A stretch of 64,000 bases of DNA, taken from assembly GCF_009914755.1 (NCBI RefSeq), contig NC_060928.1; one strand, written 5' to 3'. The notes beneath the pieces were generated by a model. It searched no databases, was not told the origin of the DNA, and saw nothing but the letters and a program-made list of their open reading frames with translations. This document shows, in pieces, positions 53,450 to 64,000 of the stretch (its first letter is position 1; each line of letters starts with the position of its first letter). The stretch is from the human T2T-CHM13v2.0 reference genome, Homo sapiens. Position numbers and translations under genes: made by a program.

Positions 53450-56400
53450 GGGCTACTCTTTTACTTCTTCATACTTGTGTGTCAGCTCCACAATGAACCA
53501 TTTGCATATATTTCTGCTTGAGGCAAGTATTAGAAAGTTGTGTAGAGAAAGAACAAATGGAAGTAAGCTGCATAAGGAAAAGAAGGGATTTTATTTCCCT
53601 TTTGAAAATCACTATCATAAAAAGTAAAGCTAAGTTTATTTATCAGAAGATGTATGGGTTTGCCCTTGGCATTGGCAATATTCAAGATGGAAAAAAAATT
53701 ATTATTTCCAAATGTAAAAAAAAAAAATTATCAGTGAAAAAAGTTGGATAGGGATAAATTGAATAAAATTTGCAAAACCCCTCTCTTGACCTTAGTTTTA
53801 TAGTCCCTGCAAATAAAATTGCAGATAGTGTTCACCATCTACTTGTATTCAAGGAGATTTATTGTGCTCAATTCTGCTTGTATTCATCACTATACCTATG
53901 TTTTAACTCCTAGAAAATGAGATAGAAGAAAGAGTAACTCATCTTTGGACAAAACCTGCTCGTGTATTCAAAAATGGGGATAGTTTGGAGGAATGTGATA
54001 TTTGGACTTTTGAAAGTTTATCAACCTTCAGATCCCAAAAATACAAATAAGTCTGGTTTGAACATCAGAAATATAATAACTCTTCTAACTTACCTATTTT
54101 CACAAATGGAAGTATTTTGAGTCTCCTTATACAGCTTTCTTCTCTTTTTTCTCAATTCAGCCAGTACAGTAATATACAGTCAAAAAGAGTTAAACCAATG
54201 CCTGGTTATGAACTGAAGAAGCAGTTAAAACACTCTTAAAATGCTAACATTTTCACCAATAATTTTAAGCACTTTAATCTATCATCTGTAAAATTCTGAT
54301 GTTTCACATTTACTTTCATCATAGAGCAACAGAAGTATTAACAAATAATCATGAACTTCTTAAAAGTTCACAGTAGGATTTTATCTCCGAATTTCTAAAC
54401 CAAATGAGTTTCATTTAGTGTGGAAGAAATTCAAAGTTAAATCATTCATGTACAATGGATTTATACTAAGAATTTCATCCATTTTGTGATAAGAAATATT
54501 ACATTTTTTATTAATTTAAAAACCAAACTATTGTCTTTGTTTTTAAAAACCTTACAGTAAAGTTTATGTTAATCTTGGACACTAATTGGACTAACTGAGC
54601 AAATTCCTTAACAAACCTCGCTATTTTTCAGGCCTTTATGAATGATATTTGGCAATTTTATGTCTTGAGGAGGAGATTCATAAGAATAAAGGTGGCAGGT
54701 TGGGGGAGCCGCACAAAACTTGTTCTTTCCTGATTCAGAAAACTTTCAGTAGACAATTACTTTCAGAAAAAAATCCCTAGACTCAAAATAAATGACAAAT
54801 CTTGTCAGATGCCACAAGACAGACAAGGAACCCAAAGCTAACGTTATCTGGCACACCAACTCTAATACTGGAAGCAATTCTACTCACCTGGAAACAAAAG
54901 GTTAAGAAGCCCACATCTGGATTCAGCCCACATCTAGCCGGAGGCCGGACTACTATAATTAGTTAGTGATGTCTGTCTTGGAGAACAGAGTAAGGAGTAG
55001 TGGCATGTTTCCCATGAATTCTCCATCCTGAAATTAAGTGCTTGGACAAAGTTTGTATTGAAACTAAGGAAGATCCAGATGCAGTAAGGCATGCCAGTAA
55101 TTTAGCAGATGACATTTTTTATTAGGCCAGGATGGAAATGAGAAAACCTTGATGGAATCAAAGTATACATTAGCTGCAGGAAAGTCATGAATTTTAATTA
55201 TAGTGGATTTGAAAGATAGCCATTGTAAGTTTAAGTAATACCCCAGGCCTCAATTAGAAGTGCCATTTTCTGAGAATGCCAAGTGAGGTTATCGTTTACT
55301 ACAAAAAGATAGATGTGTATTGGAAACATGGCACTTAAATACATTCACATACATTTGAGCTGAAAACAAAAATATAAACAGGACTTTAATTAATGAGGGT
55401 TTTAAGTTTTTCCCATATGTCAACATAATATCAAGGTGCTATACTAACTTACCAGTACTGGGGTGAGAAAGGGTTACAATAAGGTGCCCCTCAGAGTTAA
55501 ACTGGAAAGATCACAGCAAAGGTAAAAAAACCGTTAAACAGAATAACTCTCTGGCCTGAAATGTTCTAATGTTACCAAAATATTTGTCATGTAAAAGAAA
55601 GAAGTATCAATCAAGTGAATTTAACAAAATAGAGAATTACAAAGACAAATGTTAGCACTGTCTGGGGAAGAGAAAACTTTGGTCATCTCTAAATGAGCTT
55701 TTCCAATGTCACAGGCCTGGACAACTCTCACGTAAGCTGGATGCAGGGGTTTTGATTAATAGACTTTGAAGTTTAGATCCATTTGGGGGAGGTGGACCTA
55801 GCAGGCTATCTGAGCCTGGAACCATTGAGATTTCCATTTTTCTAATACTACTTTTCCTGATTCTAAACCCAACTGATGACTTCCTCATTATGGTTTACTT
55901 TCCCACGTAGATCCTACTATAGGAAAAGAATATGTTAATCATAGGAACTTGTACTCTCTGGGACAATAATTTGCAATATAATTTTATAAGTTTTATTTTA
56001 ATTGATCAATACTTCCCATGTAACCGGACTACCTGGAAAGAGCCCTCTAATTGTATAGACAGTAATTGAAGAGTATTTCAGTTCCTCTCTAATTTATAAT
56101 TACCCATTTTAAACTAATAGATGGTATCCTGCTTTTATTCATTGGTTTCATGAGCTTTTGCTAATCTGATTCTGCCCCAGAAAAATACTGACTCTCTCTG
56201 CAAGTGTACTGAATCAGGTTTTGGAGCCTGTCGGTCAGAAACAGACCTCAGAGTGTTCGTTGATTAAGGATGGTAATGAGAGTTACCTCATGATATACCA
56301 TGGGAGAGAGCCACTGGAAGTACCCCAGAGTCACTGCTAGCAACACACAGGCATGAGATTTCTACACAAACATGTAATATACCTAGATACAAACATTCTT

Positions 56401-56986
56401 GATCAATTTACAATTATACAGAGTACTCATATATATTTTCAAAAATTGTGATATTCTATTTACTTTAGATACTTATATAAAATAAAATGCAGAAGGGTAC
56501 TAAGAACTGAAACTTATGAAGATAACAAAAAGGATTAATTGGCAATGACTGCATCTGCCCTCAATAAATAAAACTCTATATATGACGTATATACTTAGAC
56601 AAAAGGAACTAGTACGACTATAGTGTTCATTTTAACAAGTTTCCAGTTCCACCTATCTTAGGAAGATGCAGTAATAGTTAATTAATATGCTGATTGGAAA
56701 AGTTCCGGCTTAGACAGGTTTGTACTTCTTGTGGGAGCCATATTATCATCTCATATGCACTAAACAAAAATGTCACTTTTTTGCTTCAGGGTTCTTATCT
56801 CTAATCACAAGATGTTATGAGTCTTTGCTTATGCACTTGTTGAATAAATAGACTCCAGGTATTGAGTCATTAACAACTATAGATATAGAACACTTTGCCT
56901 CCCTTCAACATGCTTGATAATAAAGTCAGTGCTTACCTATTAATCCAAAAAAGCAGCTGTGGATTGCCACAAGATTCATGCCAATG

Positions 56987-57275
56987 GGCCAGGCGCAGTG
57001 GCTCACGCCTGTAATGTCAGCACTTTGGGAGGCCAAGGTGGGCAGATCATGAGGTCAGGAGATCAAGACCATCCTGGCTAACACGGTGAAACCCTGTCTC
57101 TACTAAAAATACAAAAAATTAGCCAGGCGTGGTGGCAGGCGCCTGTAGTCCCAGCTACTCAGGAGGCTGAGGTAGGAGAATCACTGGAATCCAGGAGGCA
57201 GAGGTTGCAGTGAGCCAAGATCACGCCACTGCACTCCAGCCTGGGCGACAGAGCGAGACTCTGTCTCAAAAAAAA
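56987..57275 (+). mobile_element. AluSc/AluY-group element
   Basis: Full dimer with GAGATCAAGACCATCCTGGCTAACACGG and GAGGTTGCAG; degenerate TSD ending GCCAAT. Confidence 0.88.
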
Positions 57276-57702
57276 TGCGCGCCAATACTACACTTGCTTG
57301 GAATTCAGGTGAAGCAAATCCCTGACCATGTAACAATATTGTGCCTCCTTCATCAAACCATTAACCATCCCACAGAACCATTAGCTAACCCCTTTATGCA
57401 CGCATTTTATTAAATGCTTTTTGTCTCTCTGTTTCTCAATTTGATATAGCATACTTCCACCATACCCTACATACCCTCCTACTCAAATCCCTAAAAGTTA
57501 AATCTAAATTGTGTTTCTCTTATTATAAACATGGATGTGAATAGAGTGAATATCTTAAACTAGGATTAACACATAGATTGATTACAACTAAAATAAATAA
57601 AACAGAATTCACTCAAGAAGAAAGCCTTTATAAAAAGAAATTAACCCACATTGAAATTGAAAAAAAATACTGTAATTTTATATGTGTATGTGCTTTTCTC
57701 TA

Positions 57703-60414
<2,712 letters not shown>

Positions 60415-61414
60415 AAAAGTAATTCCTGAACATGCCTAATAGTGAGTACTGCCTGAGATGCTTGAATTTTAGAAATCAAACTTAATGCATCAGAATCTCT
60501 AGGATTGACCTAGGGGCTCTACATACTCACCATGCGCTTTAGGTAAATGTTAGGATCAGGCAAATAGAGAAATATTGCCGAGGAAGAAAATGGAGAAGTA
60601 ATTTTGGTAATCAAAGATTACCAAAAACTGTTATAGAAATTGTAAACCTAGAATCAAGGTTTCAGAATGGAAAATGGCTCCAAATCTGCAATAGAACTTT
60701 AAAAAACAGTAAGAATTAATGTTTTCCTAAGTGACCAGAGAACTCTACCTTAAACTGGATTTTAAAATAGTGTTTACTGCTGTTCATCCCAAAAACTTAG
60801 TGTAGGGGTCACCTTCCTCAGGAAACTTTTTCTACTCTGATTTAGAGGCCCCTCCTGCGTTTCTATAGCATCCTCTGCAGACTCTTTCAAAGTATTTATT
60901 ATCCTGCATCATAATTGTGGGTTGTATTAGCCTGTACGCTTGTGGTTGTAGAGAATGTGTCTGTCATTTCCAAAACTATCCCAGTGTCTAAACATAATAT
61001 GTTTTACCTAGTTTTTTATTTTGCATATATTTGTTAAGGAAAAGAAATTAACTTTTCTAATGAACTGATTTAAAAAGAAAAATGAATCTATTCATAAAAG
61101 GAAATCCGAGTCCTCGTAAGAAAATTCTCAAATCAAAAGCATAAGGAAAACCTGTTTCCTGAATTCACTGGGGCTGAATTATGTATCGTTGTGTTCTGTT
61201 CTTTACACATGCATTTGTCTTCCTGTATAGAGACTCATTTGTGTTGAGTTGATATAGTTTAAAGACTAGAGGCTCATTCAAGTTACCTCAGGTAATGGGA
61301 CTCCAGAAAGTAATATTACTTCAAGTAATGTGGGACTCCAGAAAGCTACACATTCAGGAATCATAGGACCTAGAGGGTGTTCTGAGACCAAGGTAGCTGT
61401 AAGGTCCATAAAAA

Positions 61415-61526
61415 TCAGAATTTCTTTAAAACTTATGAATTGTTTATTATTGAAATTTTTCATTTAATTTTTCTGGACCACAGTTGACAATTGGTAACCA
61501 AAACCCTGGAAAAGGGGCCTACTGTA
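61415..61526. mobile_element. Tigger2/MER8-like terminal fragment
   Basis: AAAACTTATGAATTGTTTATT...GGACCACAGTTGAC...GGGCCTACTGTA. Confidence 0.6.
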
Positions 61527-62510
61527 AATATTTTTCTGATGAGGTCGCTTTACTTACAATAGAAATAAAACTTTAAACAAGGTAAAGAAAAAAATGAGAA
61601 ATGCTAATATTAATCTTGCCTTAGTGCTTTATTTTGAACCCAACAGATGCTTTTCACATGTCTAACTTTCTCTTTTCTGTACTCCTGACTAAATTAATAT
61701 TCCTTCAAAAAAAGTGCTGCTTGTTTACGGTTTCTGCAGTAGTTAATTAATCTTACAAATGGCCCAATATGAATGCATCAGATATTCTCCATATCAAGAT
61801 TCAGCTCCAGTTCTAACTGCTGACTGCCTCGTCCGCTGGATTCTCAGGTCGAATTTCCAAGCAAGGGAATCCACTTGCTTCAGCTCACCTTTCTGAGTCA
61901 GCCCATATCAGTCCTGGCCTTCTGTGAAATGTCCATTCTTGGTTCATATCCCCACATGCCCCCCACTTCTAAACTATGACTGAGCAACGGCTACCTGAGA
62001 ACCATCCTTCCAGCAAAGGCTTGCAAAGGCAGGTGCGATGGCAGCTATCTATCTTGATCTGAATCCTGTGAGAACAGTCATTATGGTTTCTAGCCAATCC
62101 CACAGATTTGGGAGTAAACTGAACCTCTTTGGAGAGGCTCAAAAGATTCATTTTGAAGCTTGCAAAGTCTAAGTAGAATAAGTAGCTCTCTTAGATGGGA
62201 CCAGCTAATTTTATCATTTTATTATATGTATTGCTCCATACCCACTTGGAATGCAAGTTCCAATAGGCATTTATATCTTGTGTTTTGTTTACTCTAAACC
62301 TCAACACTAGGAAGAGTTATGGCATTATAAGGTACTTAAAAAATATTTTATAAATGAATGAATGAACTTAAATGTCCAAAAGGGAGCAGCGGAGTGGCCA
62401 GTAGCAAAATAAATTATGTTCACCCTTATGTAATAAAATACATTATGTAATAAAATACGCTATATAATAAGGTACATTCAGGCATTTAAAACATGTTGTG
62501 TAATAAGTTT

Positions 62511-62816
<306 letters not shown>

Positions 62817-64000
62817 TTAATGACGTGAAATATTCATGATCTTCTCAATGGGAAAAGTAAATTACAAGAAAATGAGATATGAGTATGGAAATAAACTAGA
62901 AAGAACTCAGCAGATTGTTAGCAGTAGTTATCCTAGATCACACAATTGAAGATGATTTCCATTATCTTCCTCTAATTTTTATAAAATATCTATAGTGAAC
63001 ACCTATTAGTGTTATAACCAGAAACTTCATACACATGTACACACACAGAGACACAACACACACAGAGTTACACAATAAATGCTACACTAAAAATAATAAT
63101 AATCACTTAATAGTGATGTACATAAAATGGAATTATTTTGTGTTGTTGGTATATCAGGAATAGAATTTCTATTTACTCAGTTCCAATTGTTCTGTATCTG
63201 TAAGTCACATATGTTGCCTAACACCTGCCCCACAGTGTGATTATTTGTGTGTGCATCTTTTCTACTGTATAATGGGGCATTCTTATTACAGAGGTAATCT
63301 GTGTGTGTTTCATCTTTGTGCTTTCCATTGTGTCTAGATCAATGTTTGAATCTAATAAGAGGTTGCTAAATGTATTTTAATGATTGACTAAACGCATGAA
63401 GAGTTATATTTCAGGGGCATGACTTGCTTTAAGGTATATCCAAATGTGAATAGCAAGCCTAGTTTTAATAAAACTACATTTGGCAGAGTCTCTGCTTGCA
63501 AGTAAATGAAATTTAGACTTCAGAAAATGTTTGAATGGCCCTAAATCTTTAGCAGGTTTTCATAAGTGATGATGAAATTTACCTGACACAGAACAAAGGA
63601 CTATTAAACTGGAAAAGACCAGGAAGGTTATCTATCAATCTTTTAATTTTTGATGGAGAACTAGAATTCCAAAAAGATTATTTAGTTCACTGCAGGTCAC
63701 TTCTATAGTATTCCGACCAGAACTCTGTTCTTCCTGACTCTCAGTTCACCACTTCACCCGCTACAACACACTGTTTCTGCACGCCTGGCTAAATTGGTCT
63801 TGACGTGATGTACATTCCTTCTTAATATGAGTCAGTGACCTGGTACTGGGAAAATCTGTGAGTGGTTTAACATGTCAGGCTATTGTCTAAGAAAAAGCAA
63901 ACCATCTCCATGTAGGGTTAAAAAGCAAAAAAATAGTGCTTTTGAGAAAAGCTGTAATAAGCACTTGCAGTTAAGGAAAAATGTCTAATGTACTTTTAAA

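Noticed and set aside
61295-61345. 15-bp direct repeat TGGGACTCCAGAAAG, plus similar micro-duplications near 31553 and 62426
   Set aside because: Ordinary short slippage duplications with no further structure.

Overview
AT-rich primate (very probably human) genomic DNA lying entirely inside the NDST3 gene (heparan sulfate N-deacetylase/N-sulfotransferase 3) on the + strand. Four short GT-AG coding exons (88, 155, 186 and 129 nt) splice in frame into 186 aa of the N-deacetylase domain. Everything else is intron, dense in decayed transposons: Alu, L1, L2, MIR, MaLR/ERVL LTRs and MER DNA elements. Almost all ORFs in the supplied track are chance ORFs or L1 fragments. I see no new gene system, RNA gene or CRISPR-like array. 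The most unusual signals are DNA-repair and retrotransposition scars readable directly from the sequence: (1) a fold-back plus 133-bp templated insertion splitting an AluY; (2) a micro-inversion that flipped an LTR end together with its target-site duplication (TSD); (3) a twin-primed, 5'-inverted L1PA2-like insertion; (4) a tiny L1 3' transduction; (5) a near full-length old L1 with a TSD but no 3' end. Repeat subfamily names come from recalled consensus sequences, not from a search, and boundaries of old repeats are approximate.
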